The notes under the pieces were generated by a model, which saw nothing but the letters and a program-made list of their open reading frames with translations, was not told where the DNA came from and did not search any database. Of a stretch of DNA of 64,000 nt, positions 17,877 to 28,690 are shown one piece after another. Origin of the DNA: Candidatus Gorgyraea atricola. GTDB taxonomy: Bacteria > Omnitrophota > Gorgyraeia > Gorgyraeales > Gorgyraeaceae. A program made the position numbers and the translations under genes. Position 1 is the first letter of the stretch. Each line of letters begins with the position of its first letter. Location: assembly GCA_030765235.1 (NCBI GenBank), contig JAVCCW010000025.1:240-64239 (forward strand). The letters are read 5' to 3'.

Positions 17877-18821
17877 ATGAACAAGACCGCTTCTATTGTT
17901 ACAGGTAATTCCAATACGGCTCTGGCAAAAGAGATCGTAAAATACCTAAAGATGCCCCTTTCAAAGGCCATTGTAACTGTGTTTAGCGAGGGCGAGGTAT
18001 TCGTAAAAATAGAAGAGAATGTGCGCGGCAAGGACGTATTTATAGTACAGTCAACATGTCCTCCTGTAAATGATAATCTTATGGAACTATTGATATTGCT
18101 GGATGCATTAAAGAGGGCCTCTGCAAAGAGGATTACAGCGGTACTCCCTTATTTTGGATATGCTAGGCAGGACCGCAAGGACCAGCCGCGCGTTCCAATA
18201 ACCGCGAAGCTTGTGGCAAATCTTTTGACCACTGCAGGCGCGGACAGGGTACTTACAGTGGATCTGCACGCAGGCCAGATACAGGGTTTCTTTGATATAC
18301 CTGTGGATCATCTTTTTGCAGTTAATATATTCGTCAAATATTTTAAGCAGCTAAAGATCAAAGACATCACAGTCGCATCTCCAGATGTAGGCGGTATAAA
18401 AATGGCGCGGGGATATGCAAAGAGATTAGGCGCGCCATTGGCCATAGTGGATAAAAGAAGGGTTTCAGGAGAAGACACAGAGGTTATGAATATCCTGGGC
18501 GAGGAAGAGGTAAAGGGAAGACATGTATTGCTGGTAGATGATTTAGTGGCAACTGCTGGATCTCTTGTTGAGGCAGCAGGTGCGCTAAAGCGCGCAGGCG
18601 CAAAAGATGTCTATGCCGCGATCACACACCCTGTTTTGTCAGGCCCAGCAATACAACGCATAGAAAAATCAGCCATAAAGAAGCTGGTAGTAACAAACAC
18701 CATTCCTGTGGAGGATGGAAAAAAGCACAAAAAAATAAAAGTGCTATCCATAGCACCTCTTTTAGCAGAGGCAATAAAGAGGATACACAACGAGGAGTCA
18801 GTAAGCTGTTTATTCGACTGA
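17877..18821 (+). CDS. prs: Ribose-phosphate pyrophosphokinase
   Basis: PYFGYARQDRK, DLHAGQIQGFFD, SPDVGG. Start moved to MNKTAS after SD GAGG. Confidence 0.97.
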   Translation: MNKTASIVTGNSNTALAKEIVKYLKMPLSKAIVTVFSEGEVFVKIEENVRGKDVFIVQSTCPPVNDNLMELLILLDALKRASAKRITAVLPYFGYARQDRKDQPRVPITAKLVANLLTTAGADRVLTVDLHAGQIQGFFDIPVDHLFAVNIFVKYFKQLKIKDITVASPDVGGIKMARGYAKRLGAPLAIVDKRRVSGEDTEVMNILGEEEVKGRHVLLVDDLVATAGSLVEAAGALKRAGAKDVYAAITHPVLSGPAIQRIEKSAIKKLVVTNTIPVEDGKKHKKIKVLSIAPLLAEAIKRIHNEESVSCLFD

Positions 18822-18898
18822 AAATCGCGGAACCTACGCGGAAGCCGGCCTTCGGCCGGACGCGGAACTTACGCGGAAGATTAACGGGGAGGAATTAA

Positions 18899-19630
18899 AT
18901 GGATTTCGTAGAATTACACGCGAGTTTGAGAGAAGGAACAGGTAAGGAGATCAACAAGAAATTAAGGAGCGGTGGCCTTGTGCCAGCGGTTGTCTATAAA
19001 AAAGGCGAGGATACCCAGTCCCTGAAGATAGACAAAAAAGAACTTTTTACAACCCTTCATACAGAGGCAGGAGAAAATGTTATAGTAAAGCTCTGTATAG
19101 ATGGCGCAAAAAAGAAAAAAGAACGCACTGTGATATTTAAAGATATACAAAGGGATCCCATAAAGGATATATTGTTGCACGTGGATTTCCAGGAGATATC
19201 TTTGACCGACACGCTCAAGGTAAAAGTGGCAATAGCAGCAAAAGGCGAGGCTATGGGAGTCAAGCAGGACGGCGGCGTACTGCAGCATGTGTTATGGGAA
19301 TTGGAGCTGGAGTGTCTGCCTACCAATATTCCTGAAAAGATCGAAGTGGATATAACTAACCTGAAGTTAGGCGAATCAATACATGTGAAAGACATCACCA
19401 TACCTGAAGACGTAAAGGTATTGGATGATCCTGAAGGCGTTGTCTTTAGCGTGGAACATCCTAAGAGCGTAGAGGATCTTGTGGCAGCGCCTGCTGAAGG
19501 AGAGTTGCTGGAGCCAGAGGTAATAAAGGAGAAGAAAGAGGTACCTGAGGAAGGCGAGGCAGCTGAAGGCGCAGAAAAACCAGCCCCAGCTAAGGAAGAG
19601 AAAAAGGCGGAAAAAAAAGAGGGAAAATAA
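18899..19630 (+). CDS. rplY: 50S ribosomal protein L25 / Ctc
   Basis: VPAVVY, HVDF, GVKQDGG, acidic/basic tail. Located between prs and pth. Confidence 0.95.
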   Translation: MDFVELHASLREGTGKEINKKLRSGGLVPAVVYKKGEDTQSLKIDKKELFTTLHTEAGENVIVKLCIDGAKKKKERTVIFKDIQRDPIKDILLHVDFQEISLTDTLKVKVAIAAKGEAMGVKQDGGVLQHVLWELELECLPTNIPEKIEVDITNLKLGESIHVKDITIPEDVKVLDDPEGVVFSVEHPKSVEDLVAAPAEGELLEPEVIKEKKEVPEEGEAAEGAEKPAPAKEEKKAEKKEGK

Positions 19631-19647
19631 AGGAACGTTAGCTATAC

Positions 19648-20220
19648 ATGAAACTAATAGTCGGCCTTGGAAACCCCGGGGATAAATACGCTCTTACTCG
19701 ACACAACATAGGGTTTTTGATTTTAGAGGAATTCGCAGGCCAGAATGATATACGATTTAAATCCAATAGGCGCTTCAAGGCGCTTACAGGAGAAGGCGCT
19801 GTGGGTAAGGAAAATGTAATTCTTGCCATGCCCCAGACCTTCATGAATCTTTCAGGCCATTCTGTGCGTTCCATGGCGAACTGGCTCAAGATAAACTTGA
19901 GCGATATATTATTGGTAGTAGATGACATAGCGCTTGAATTTGGCGCGTTAAGAATAAGACCCAAGGGTTCCAGCGGTGGGCACAAGGGTCTGGGCTCAAC
20001 AATAGATGTTTTAGGCACGAATGAGTTTTCCAGGATGAGAATAGGCATCATGGGAAGAAAGGGCATAAAGGATTGTTCAAAATATGTCCTCAGTATGTTT
20101 ACAAAAAAAGAACGAACACTCTTACCAGATATCTTAAAACGCTCCTCTAGAGCGTGCGAGTGCTGGGCGAGACAGGGCGTTGATACAGCAATGAACAAAT
20201 ACAACGGAGGTCAAGGATGA
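19648..20220 (+). CDS. pth: Peptidyl-tRNA hydrolase
   Basis: LIVGLGNPG, TRHNIGF, PQTFMNLSG, GSSGGHKG. Confidence 0.97.
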   Translation: MKLIVGLGNPGDKYALTRHNIGFLILEEFAGQNDIRFKSNRRFKALTGEGAVGKENVILAMPQTFMNLSGHSVRSMANWLKINLSDILLVVDDIALEFGALRIRPKGSSGGHKGLGSTIDVLGTNEFSRMRIGIMGRKGIKDCSKYVLSMFTKKERTLLPDILKRSSRACECWARQGVDTAMNKYNGGQG

Positions 20221-20501
20221 AGAGTTACGAGGCTATACTTATTGTTAAACCAGATCTTAGTCAGGACGGACTTGACAAGACGCTAAAACAGATCAAGGAT
20301 ATCTTTGCAAAGAATAAAGTATCTTCAGAAGATTTCAAAGAAATGGGCAAGCAAAGAATGGCTTTCCCTATAAAAAAATTCAAAGAGGGCGTGTATTATC
20401 TTGTGAATTTTGATATGGATCCTGCTGCGATAACCACGATCAAGCGCTCTTTTAATCTGAACGAGACGATATTAAGGACATTGATCATTAGCAAGGGGTG
20501 A
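20217..20501 (+). CDS. rpsF: 30S ribosomal protein S6
   Basis: YEAILIVKP, MAFPIKK, rpsF-ssb-rpsR synteny. Confidence 0.93.
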   Translation: MKSYEAILIVKPDLSQDGLDKTLKQIKDIFAKNKVSSEDFKEMGKQRMAFPIKKFKEGVYYLVNFDMDPAAITTIKRSFNLNETILRTLIISKG

Positions 20502-20511
20502 TTACACAGCA

Positions 20512-20546
20512 GCTTATAGCAGCTGTAGGGCACACTTTAGTGTGCC
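20512..20546. repeat. GTAG-type REP element (copy 2)
   Basis: 35 bp identical to 15040-15074. Confidence 0.8.
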
Positions 20547-20574
20547 GAACAAGAGCAAGCAAGGGAGGATAAGG

Positions 20575-21009
20575 ATGGCCAGTTTTAATAAGGTATTTTT
20601 GATGGGGAATCTTACAAGGGATCCTGAACTGCGTTATGTACCTAGCGGAGCGCCTGTTGCCACATTTGGCCTGGCAGTGAATCGCAGATACGTGACACAG
20701 CAGGGAGAGAAAAAAGACGAAGTGTGTTTTGTCAGGATCGTAGTCTTTGGAAAACAGGCAGAAAGTTGTAGCCAATACTTGAATAAAGGCCGACTTGTTT
20801 TTATAGAAGGTCGCCTGCAGTATCGGTCATGGGAGCAGGAAGGTCAGAAGAGAAATTCGCTGGATGTTGTCGCAGACAGGGTCCAGTTTTTGGGCGCGCC
20901 ACGCTCGCAGGGTACCGGCGCGGATGTAGACTCTGCCAGCGAGATTCCAAAAGGCGGCGAGGTAACAGAGAGCGCGGGACTAAAAACGGATGAAGAGGCA
21001 CCATTCTAA
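20575..21009 (+). CDS. ssb: Single-stranded DNA-binding protein
   Basis: NKVFLMGNLTRDPELR, C-terminal DEEAPF. Start moved to MASFNK. Confidence 0.97.
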   Translation: MASFNKVFLMGNLTRDPELRYVPSGAPVATFGLAVNRRYVTQQGEKKDEVCFVRIVVFGKQAESCSQYLNKGRLVFIEGRLQYRSWEQEGQKRNSLDVVADRVQFLGAPRSQGTGADVDSASEIPKGGEVTESAGLKTDEEAPF

Positions 21010-21026
21010 TTGAATAAGGAGGAGAA

Positions 21027-21323
21027 ATGCCAGGAGAGAGACGAGGTAGTTTTCAGAAGCAAAAGGGTAGATTCCAAAAGGGCAAAAAGAAGGGCCCAAA
21101 ACGAAAACTTTTTTTTAAGAAGAAGTTTTGCAAGTTTTGCGCGGATAAGGTAGATAGCGTAGATTACAAGGATGTGATGAAACTGAAAAGGTTTATCACT
21201 GAGAAAGGAAAGATCCTGCCGAACCGCATAACAGGGAATTGCGCCAAACACCAAAGGGTTGTAGCGCGTGCCATAAAACAGGCAAGATATGTCGCGCTTT
21301 TGCCATACGTGAGTGAAGGATAG
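21027..21323 (+). CDS. rpsR: 30S ribosomal protein S18 (Zn-binding form)
   Basis: [25 protein letters not shown]. Confidence 0.97.
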   Translation: MPGERRGSFQKQKGRFQKGKKKGPKRKLFFKKKFCKFCADKVDSVDYKDVMKLKRFITEKGKILPNRITGNCAKHQRVVARAIKQARYVALLPYVSEG

Positions 21324-21360
21324 ATTCCGAGGTAAGCGAAGCTCGAGGGGGATTTAAAAC

Positions 21361-21804
21361 ATGAAAGTAATACTGATAGAAGATGTCCAGAAGCTAGGGG
21401 TAATGGGTGAGGTGATCCAAGTCAAAGAAGGCTATGCCAGGAATTTTCTTTTTCCAAAGGATCTGGCAAAGCCGGCAACAGGCTCAAATATGAAGATAAT
21501 AGATGAGATAAAGAAAAAGAAGATACAGGCCCTTACGAAAGAGAAAAAAGAAGCAGAGGAACTCAAAGAAAAACTTTCACATGTCTCTTGCACTGTCTCT
21601 GTTGAGGCAGGGGATGATGATAGGCTTTTTGGAAGCGTGACCACGCAAGATATCTCAAAGGCCTTTGAGGAGGCAGGACTTTCTCTGGACAAGCGAAAGA
21701 TAATCCTTGAAGAACCAATAAAGAAACTCGGCGTCTATCACATTACTGTAAAGATCCATCCCGAAGTCACGGGAGCGGTGAAGGTGTGGGTGGTGAAAAA
21801 ATAA
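21361..21804 (+). CDS. rplI: 50S ribosomal protein L9
   Basis: MKVILIEDV, GYARNFLFP, LFGSVT. Confidence 0.97.
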   Translation: MKVILIEDVQKLGVMGEVIQVKEGYARNFLFPKDLAKPATGSNMKIIDEIKKKKIQALTKEKKEAEELKEKLSHVSCTVSVEAGDDDRLFGSVTTQDISKAFEEAGLSLDKRKIILEEPIKKLGVYHITVKIHPEVTGAVKVWVVKK

Positions 21805-21805
21805 T

Positions 21806-23161
21806 ATGGACAAGATAGATATGCAATTAGAAAAAATGCCGCCGCAGAATTTAGAGGCGGAAATGGCAGCGTTGGGTTCTATGCTCATAGAAGAAAACGC
21901 CATTGCTGACGCCATAGATATCCTGGATGCGAGCTGCTTTTACAATGATGCGAATCGTAAGATCTTCGAATGCATGTTGCAGCTATACAGTAGCGGCAAG
22001 GCAGTTGACATAGTCACATTAATAGAGGAATTAAAAAAGACAGAAGACCTTGAGAGAATAGGCGGCGCTACTTATATAACAGGCCTTACTACAGTAGTGC
22101 CGACAGCCGCGAATGTGAAGCACTATGGCAGCATTGTAAGAGAAAAGAGCATACTGCGCAATCTGATATCTGTTTCTACGAATATTATCTCTGAAAGCTA
22201 TGACGCGCAGGGCGATGTGCGAAAGATCCTGGACAGGGCAGAGCGTACCATATTCGAGATCTCTTCCAGGAAGATGGATACGCATTTTTCTCCGATAAAA
22301 GAGGTAATAAAAGATAGCATCGAGACAATAGACAGGCTCTATCAGCAAAAGGCGCATGTAACTGGAGTCGCGACTGGCTTCAGTGATCTTGATGGTCTGA
22401 CAGCAGGACTGCATCCTTCAGACCTGATCATCTTTGCAGGCCGCCCGTCAATGGGTAAGAGCGCGCTCGTTACTTCTATGGCAGAACACATTGGCCTGGT
22501 TGAGAAAAAGCCGATCGCGATCTTTAGCCTTGAGATGTCCAAGGAACAGCTGGCACAAAGGATGCTCTGTGCTCACGCGCGCGTAAACGCACATAGCGTG
22601 AGGACAGGATTCCTGTCCCAGTCTGACTGGCCGCGTCTTACAAGCGCTGCAGGTAAGCTTTCAGACGCGCCTATTTTTATAGACGATACTGCTGGACTTT
22701 CCGTACTTGAATTAAGGGCAAAGGCAAGGCGATTAAAATCCCAGCAAGACATACAGATAATAATAGTGGACTATCTTCAGCTAATGCAGGGGCTGCCAGG
22801 TTCTGAGAATAGACAGCAGGAGATCTCAGAGATCTCCAGATCTTTAAAGGCGCTTGCAAGAGAATTAAACGTACCACTAATAGCAGTGAGTCAGCTCTCA
22901 AGGGCAGTGGAGTCGCGACAGGACCACAGGCCCCAGCTTTCAGATCTGCGGGAATCAGGCGCCATAGAGCAGGATGCGGATCTGGTAGGACTTTTATTAA
23001 GAGAAGAATACTATAGCCCTACACCGGAGAACAGAGGCATAGCAGAGCTTATTATTGCAAAGCAGCGCAATGGCCCTGTGGGCACAGTAAAGCTCACTTT
23101 TATCAAGGATTATGCGAGATTTGAAAACCTCACCATGGTGGCTGAGGAAGTAGTGGAGTAG
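21806..23161 (+). CDS. dnaB: Replicative DNA helicase
   Basis: GRPSMGKS, IVDYLQL, SDLRESGAIEQDAD, AKQRNGP. Confidence 0.98.
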   Translation: MDKIDMQLEKMPPQNLEAEMAALGSMLIEENAIADAIDILDASCFYNDANRKIFECMLQLYSSGKAVDIVTLIEELKKTEDLERIGGATYITGLTTVVPTAANVKHYGSIVREKSILRNLISVSTNIISESYDAQGDVRKILDRAERTIFEISSRKMDTHFSPIKEVIKDSIETIDRLYQQKAHVTGVATGFSDLDGLTAGLHPSDLIIFAGRPSMGKSALVTSMAEHIGLVEKKPIAIFSLEMSKEQLAQRMLCAHARVNAHSVRTGFLSQSDWPRLTSAAGKLSDAPIFIDDTAGLSVLELRAKARRLKSQQDIQIIIVDYLQLMQGLPGSENRQQEISEISRSLKALARELNVPLIAVSQLSRAVESRQDHRPQLSDLRESGAIEQDADLVGLLLREEYYSPTPENRGIAELIIAKQRNGPVGTVKLTFIKDYARFENLTMVAEEVVE

Positions 23162-23174
23162 TAGAAATACTATG

Positions 23175-23305
23175 AAAAAATCCCAATACTACCAATACTA
23201 CCAAATCCCCAATAAATCCCAATTTCAAAATCCCAAACATGGTTTTGGATTTGGGATTTTGGATTTATTTGGTAGTATTGGTATTTATTGGGATTTGGGA
23301 TTTTC
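23175..23305. repeat. Inverted short-unit tandem array (AAATCCC/ATACTACCA vs GGGATTT/TGGTAGTAT)
   Basis: The left half is mirrored by the right half as reverse complement, giving a long imperfect hairpin between dnaB and bamA. Confidence 0.75.
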
Positions 23306-23357
23306 TCAAGGTAGATTGACATGTTAGTAGATATATGCTATATTCGTTAATAATATA

Positions 23358-25679
23358 ATGATTAAAAAGACTTCTATAATACTCTTCGCGGTTTTATTTC
23401 TATTAGGGACATGTTTTTCTGTCTCTCTACTGGCCCAGGAAGAATCCTCTAAAAAAATTATTAAATATGTGGACGTAAAAAACAATAAAACTGTCTCAAG
23501 CGCAAAGATATTGGCTAAGCTAAAGACAAAAAGGGGAGATATATTTTTAGAAAAGGTGGTCAATGAAGACGTCAAGAGACTTTATCTCATGGGATATTTC
23601 AGTGATGTCAGCATTTCGATCGAAGAGGTCCAGGACGGCGTAGGCGTTATATTTACAGTCAAAGAAAAGCCGCCGCTCACATCCCTCAGGTTCATCGGCA
23701 ATAAGAGATTCAAGGAAGAAAAGTTAAAGACAGTTATTAAGTCAAAATTGAATGAATTTGCAGATGAAAGAAAACTTAAGCAGGACGCGGACGCCATAGA
23801 AGACCTCTATAAGCGCGCAGGCTACCCGTGGGTTAAGGTTACATACGAGGTGGAGACTGCTGAGGATGTAAACGAAGGCATAGCTATTTTCAGGATAGAT
23901 GAAAGTGTAAAGGCAGTTGTGAGAAAGATGAGCGTAATCGGGAATACCGCATTTAGCGATAAGCGTATATTAAAGGTCGTGAAGAGTCGGACATCCGGCA
24001 TGTTCCGCTCAGGTGTTTATAAAAAAGATGTAGTGGATGATGACATGGAGCGGATCAAGAATTTTTATAGAAGTGAAGGGTTTTTGGATGTCGATACTAG
24101 CTACGAAGTGGTATCCAGGGAAAAGGGAAAGAAGAAATGGATCGAGCTGGTGATACGACTTGAAGAGGGAAGAAGGTACATTGCTGGCGATGTCAAGATA
24201 GTCGGCAATTCTATTTTTTCAGATGAACAGCTAAAGGCCCTTTTAAAAGTAAGACCAGCAGATGTATTTACAGAGATGGCCCTGCACGGTGAGGTAGCAG
24301 CTATCCAGGAATATTATTTTGATAAAGGCTATATAATGGCTAAGGTAAAGCCGGATACACTCTTGAATCTAAGTACAGACAGGGTGGATGTCGTCTACAA
24401 TATCGTTGAGGGCGAGATCTGTTATGTAAATAAAGTCAATGTAAGAGGAAACACCAAGACAAAGGACATTGTGATCAGGAGAGAGTTAAGGCTTAATCCA
24501 GGCGATCAGTATGACGGTAAAAAGTTGCAGCGCAGTAAAGAACGTCTTTATAATCTTGGGTTTTTCGAGGACATAACATTTGACACAGAGGATACCGAAG
24601 TAGAAAACAAAAAAGACATGGTGGTAGAGGTAAAAGAGTCTAAGACAGGCGAGTTCAGTTTTGGAGGAGGCTTTTCTTCTGTAGATAAACTCATAGGCTT
24701 TATAGAAGTAGAGCAGAGGAATTTTGATATCTTGAATTTTCCGACATTTACAGGAGATGGCCAGGATCTTAAATTAAGGGCAGAGTTTGGCAGTGTGCGT
24801 AAAAATTATCTCCTGAGCTGGACTGAGCCGTGGATCTTTGATCGCCCTCTTAGTTTTGGATTTGATTTGTACGCCTCTGAGCGGAACAGAAGCGGATCTA
24901 CAGGCTATGCCTATGATGAGGAAAAACAAGGAGGCGCTTTAAGGCTGGGCAAGGAATTCAACGAATACCTGAGGGGTGATTTTGTATACAGGCTCGAGAC
25001 CGTTGATATATCTGATATATCTGCCACGGCGTCTCAGGAATTAAAAGATGAGCTGGGCGAAAAGACAGTCTCCAGTGTCTTGTTTCAGCTCACAAGAAAT
25101 ACCACGGATAATGCTTTTAATCCTACACAAGGCTATGTATTGACAGGCTATGTTGAAGTAGCTGGCGGCCTTATAGGAGGAGACAGGGACTTTGCAAAGT
25201 TTTTTGATTCTGGTAGCCACTATTCTAAAATAGGGCCTTTTGTCTTGGAGCTGAAGGCAAGAAGCGGTGTTGTCAGTTCATTTGGTGATTCAGGCAAGGT
25301 ACCTATATATGAGCGCTTTTTTGCTGGCGGTACTTATAGTATACGCGGGTATAAAGAGCGTGACGTCGGGCCAAAAGATATTTCAGGAGATGCAATAGGA
25401 GGCGGGAGCATGTTTGTAGCCAATGCAGAGATGACACTCCCCATAGTGACCAATATAAAAGGCGCGTTGTTTGTTGATGCAGGCAATGTGTGGGCAAGAC
25501 CTGACAGTAAACCGAAAAGCGGCACAGCTACAAGAGGACTAAAAGCAGGCGCAGGTGTTGGTGTTAGGATAAAGACTCCGATAGGGCCTGTTAAATTGGA
25601 TTTCGGATATCCTTTAAATCCAGAAACATGGCAGGAAGATCAGCCTAGATTTCATTTTAGTATGAGTAGGGGGTTTTAA
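23358..25679 (+). CDS. bamA: Outer membrane protein assembly factor BamA
   Basis: POTRA repeats, GNTKTKDIVIRRE, IRGY, TPIGPVKLD, terminal Phe. Confidence 0.96.
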   Translation: MIKKTSIILFAVLFLLGTCFSVSLLAQEESSKKIIKYVDVKNNKTVSSAKILAKLKTKRGDIFLEKVVNEDVKRLYLMGYFSDVSISIEEVQDGVGVIFTVKEKPPLTSLRFIGNKRFKEEKLKTVIKSKLNEFADERKLKQDADAIEDLYKRAGYPWVKVTYEVETAEDVNEGIAIFRIDESVKAVVRKMSVIGNTAFSDKRILKVVKSRTSGMFRSGVYKKDVVDDDMERIKNFYRSEGFLDVDTSYEVVSREKGKKKWIELVIRLEEGRRYIAGDVKIVGNSIFSDEQLKALLKVRPADVFTEMALHGEVAAIQEYYFDKGYIMAKVKPDTLLNLSTDRVDVVYNIVEGEICYVNKVNVRGNTKTKDIVIRRELRLNPGDQYDGKKLQRSKERLYNLGFFEDITFDTEDTEVENKKDMVVEVKESKTGEFSFGGGFSSVDKLIGFIEVEQRNFDILNFPTFTGDGQDLKLRAEFGSVRKNYLLSWTEPWIFDRPLSFGFDLYASERNRSGSTGYAYDEEKQGGALRLGKEFNEYLRGDFVYRLETVDISDISATASQELKDELGEKTVSSVLFQLTRNTTDNAFNPTQGYVLTGYVEVAGGLIGGDRDFAKFFDSGSHYSKIGPFVLELKARSGVVSSFGDSGKVPIYERFFAGGTYSIRGYKERDVGPKDISGDAIGGGSMFVANAEMTLPIVTNIKGALFVDAGNVWARPDSKPKSGTATRGLKAGAGVGVRIKTPIGPVKLDFGYPLNPETWQEDQPRFHFSMSRGF

Positions 25680-25695
25680 TTAAGGAGGTTACGTA

Positions 25696-26223
25696 ATGTT
25701 ACGTAATGTTATGGAAGGTTATGGAAGGTTACTGGTTCTAAGTTTAGTCGCAGTGTTTCTGTTTGCAGGGCATGTGTTTGCGCAGGACGGCAAAATAGGC
25801 TTCGTAGATCTCTCTCGGTCATTTGATGAGTATCAGAAGACAAAAGATTTTGATAGGAATCTGGAAAAGACAGGGGATATCAAGCAGCAGCAGAGAGAGA
25901 AGCTGGTTAAAGATATAAGAAAGATGAGGGATGAGATCGAGCTCATGAATGAAAAGGCCAGACAGAAGAAAGAGGATGATATAGAGGCGAAGATAAAATC
26001 TCTTCAGGAGTTTGACCAGGATGCCAAGATGGAGCTTACAAAGGAAAGAGACGATATGGTGCGAGAGATCCTGAAAGAGATAAATACAGTGATAGAAGAA
26101 TACGGAAAGACCCATGCGTATTCGATTATCTTAAACGACAGAGTTCTTTTATACGGACAAAAGACCCATGATGTGACAGACGAGATCATTGATTTGTTAA
26201 ACAAAAATTACGAGCAGCAATAA
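25696..26223 (+). CDS. skp: OmpH/Skp periplasmic chaperone
   Basis: Signal peptide, KIGFVD, coiled coil, DVTDEII. Located between bamA and lpxD. Confidence 0.9.
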   Translation: MLRNVMEGYGRLLVLSLVAVFLFAGHVFAQDGKIGFVDLSRSFDEYQKTKDFDRNLEKTGDIKQQQREKLVKDIRKMRDEIELMNEKARQKKEDDIEAKIKSLQEFDQDAKMELTKERDDMVREILKEINTVIEEYGKTHAYSIILNDRVLLYGQKTHDVTDEIIDLLNKNYEQQ

Positions 26224-26233
26224 GGACAGAGAG

Positions 26234-27268
26234 ATGAAGAAGACATTGACCGAAATAGCCGCTATAGTCGACGGAGAGATCGTAGGCGACGAGAAAACAG
26301 TTGTGACTGGCATATGCGGCATAAAAGAGGCGCAGAAGGGTGACCTCACATTTATCGCAAATTCCAGGTATCTTTCGCTTATGAATCAGACAAAGGCATC
26401 CGCGATTATTACGTCCCGAGATGTGAAGTCAGCGCCCAAGCCTATCGTACGCACTGAAAATCCTTCTATAGCATTTGCCAAGATGGTCTCTCTTATGGCG
26501 CCCAATGAGGTAAAAAAGCCAAAAGGCATACACCCTACTGCTGTTATAGGAGAAAAGGTAAGAATCGGCAGGAACGTAGCTATACAGGCCTATGTTGTTA
26601 TCGAAGATAATGTTGAAATAAAAGATAGTACTATTCTTTATGCAGGGGCATACGTGGGGCATCACGCAAAGATAGGGAAGAACTGCAAGATATATCCGTA
26701 TGTTATAATCAGGGAACGCGTTGAGATAAACGATAGAGTAATCATACATGGAGGTACTGTTATAGGCAGTGATGGTTTTGGTTTTTCTACAGTCAAAGGC
26801 GTGCATCAGAGGATCCCCCAGATCGGTACTGTGGTGATAGAGGATGACGTAGAGATCGGGGCCAATGTCACGATAGACAGGGCGCGTTTCGAAAAAACTA
26901 TTATAAAAAAAGGCACTAAGATAGATAATCTTGTCCAGATAGCTCATAATGTAATCGTCGGAGAACATTCTATAATAGTTTCCCAGAGTGGGATATCAGG
27001 GAGCGCAGTTATCGGGAACAATGTTACACTGGCAGGTCAGGCCGGGGTCATAGGGCATGTTACTGTTGGAGACAATGTAGTAATTGCCGCAAGAGCTGGC
27101 GTGACAAAGTCTATCCCTTCTAATGCCTGTGTTTCAGGCTATCCTGCGAAGCCACACACAGTTGCTAAGAGAATTAATGCATGTGTCCAGAACCTTCCGG
27201 ATTTATACAAAAAGGTACGAGCATTAGAAGAAGAAATAGAAAAGTTTAAAGGCAAAGGCCGAGAATAG
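26234..27268 (+). CDS. lpxD: UDP-3-O-acylglucosamine N-acyltransferase
   Basis: [29 protein letters not shown]. Confidence 0.97.
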   Translation: MKKTLTEIAAIVDGEIVGDEKTVVTGICGIKEAQKGDLTFIANSRYLSLMNQTKASAIITSRDVKSAPKPIVRTENPSIAFAKMVSLMAPNEVKKPKGIHPTAVIGEKVRIGRNVAIQAYVVIEDNVEIKDSTILYAGAYVGHHAKIGKNCKIYPYVIIRERVEINDRVIIHGGTVIGSDGFGFSTVKGVHQRIPQIGTVVIEDDVEIGANVTIDRARFEKTIIKKGTKIDNLVQIAHNVIVGEHSIIVSQSGISGSAVIGNNVTLAGQAGVIGHVTVGDNVVIAARAGVTKSIPSNACVSGYPAKPHTVAKRINACVQNLPDLYKKVRALEEEIEKFKGKGRE

Positions 27269-27355
27269 GCAGATTTCAATCTGCCTGTTTATGAAGGCTT
27301 TTGCGACCACTTTTGTAGGTCACACTTCAGTGTGACAATCCCTAACAGAGGATAT

Positions 27356-28669
27356 ATGGAACAGAAAACAATAAAAAAACCAATAGAGCTTAGTGGCGTC
27401 GGTCTTCATACAGGTGCTGAGGTACATCTTAAATTTAAACCTGCGCCTACGAATACAGGCATAAACTTCATAAGAGTAGACGTGAAAGATTCTCCTATGA
27501 TAGGGGCGAATATCCACCATATGCTGGATCAGGATAAAAGCCCCAGGCGCACGTCCATTGGCAGAGGTTCAGTAGAGGTGCACACAATAGAACATCTAAT
27601 GGCAGCATTATGGGCCATGGGCATAGATAATCTTCTTATTGAGATAGATGGTCCAGAGCTTCCAGGCCTGGATGGCAGCGCAATCGGTTTTATCGAGACA
27701 CTGAAAAAGGTTGGCATAGAAAATCAGGACCTGCCAAAAAAGGTGTATCAGGTGCGTTCCCCTATCTGGATAGAGCAGGATGACGCCATAATCATGGTCT
27801 TGCCTGATAATCAATTCAGGGTATCCTATACATTGAATTACGAACACCCTCTTCTAAAGTCGCAGTATCTTTCTTTTGTGTTGGATGAAAATACTTTTGA
27901 AAAAGAACTGGCTTCTTCAAGGACCTTTTGTCTTGAGAGGGAGGTCAGTGATTTGAGGAAACAGGGGCTTGGCAAGGGCGCAAACTACGAGAATACCGTC
28001 GTGGTGGGCAAGAAAGGTGTTATAGATAATGATTTGAGGTTTGACGATGAATTCGCAAGGCATAAGATACTGGATTTATTGGGGGATTTATATCTATTGG
28101 GGTATGTGATAAAAGGTCATATAATAGCAATACGCAGTGGCCACCCTTTAAATATAAAGCTTGTTGATAAGATAAGCGCGCAGAGAGAAAAAATACAGGC
28201 TGGCGGCATAAAGGGCGTGTATGTTGAGACAGAAGGTAATGTTCTGGACTCCAGTGATATCCAAAAGATCCTGCCGCATCGCTATCCATTCTTGCTTGTC
28301 GATAAGATCATAGAGCTTGTGCCGGATAAAAAGGCAGTCGGGATCAAGAATGTCACAATGAACGAGCAATTCTTTACAGGGCATTTTCCAGGGACACCTG
28401 TTATGCCAGGCGTGTTGATTGTTGAGGCAATGGCGCAGGTGGCAGGCGTATTGATGTTGAATAAAAAAGAGAATGTTGGGAAAATGGCCTATTTTATGAG
28501 TTTGGATAAGGCAAAGTTCAGAAAGACAGTAGTGCCTGGAGACCAATTACGGCTCGAGGTAAACGTAGTTAAGCTAAAGTCAAAAATAGGCCATGTGCAT
28601 ACGCGCGCGCTTGTAGATGGCCAGGTCGTAAGCGAGGCAAATCTGATGTTTGCGCTCGTGGATGCGTAA
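27356..28669 (+). CDS. lpxC: Bifunctional LpxC deacetylase / FabZ dehydratase
   Basis: GVGLHTG, TIEHLMAAL and RHKILDLLGD, followed by LPHRYPFLLVD and GHFPGTPVMPGVLIVEAMAQ. Confidence 0.96.
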   Translation: MEQKTIKKPIELSGVGLHTGAEVHLKFKPAPTNTGINFIRVDVKDSPMIGANIHHMLDQDKSPRRTSIGRGSVEVHTIEHLMAALWAMGIDNLLIEIDGPELPGLDGSAIGFIETLKKVGIENQDLPKKVYQVRSPIWIEQDDAIIMVLPDNQFRVSYTLNYEHPLLKSQYLSFVLDENTFEKELASSRTFCLEREVSDLRKQGLGKGANYENTVVVGKKGVIDNDLRFDDEFARHKILDLLGDLYLLGYVIKGHIIAIRSGHPLNIKLVDKISAQREKIQAGGIKGVYVETEGNVLDSSDIQKILPHRYPFLLVDKIIELVPDKKAVGIKNVTMNEQFFTGHFPGTPVMPGVLIVEAMAQVAGVLMLNKKENVGKMAYFMSLDKAKFRKTVVPGDQLRLEVNVVKLKSKIGHVHTRALVDGQVVSEANLMFALVDA

Positions 28670-28690
28670 GTTTCAGAAGACAGAGGTCAG

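Noticed and set aside
17781-23305. CRISPR array
   Set aside because: Units are 7-9 nt without unique spacers, and no cas genes are in the window.
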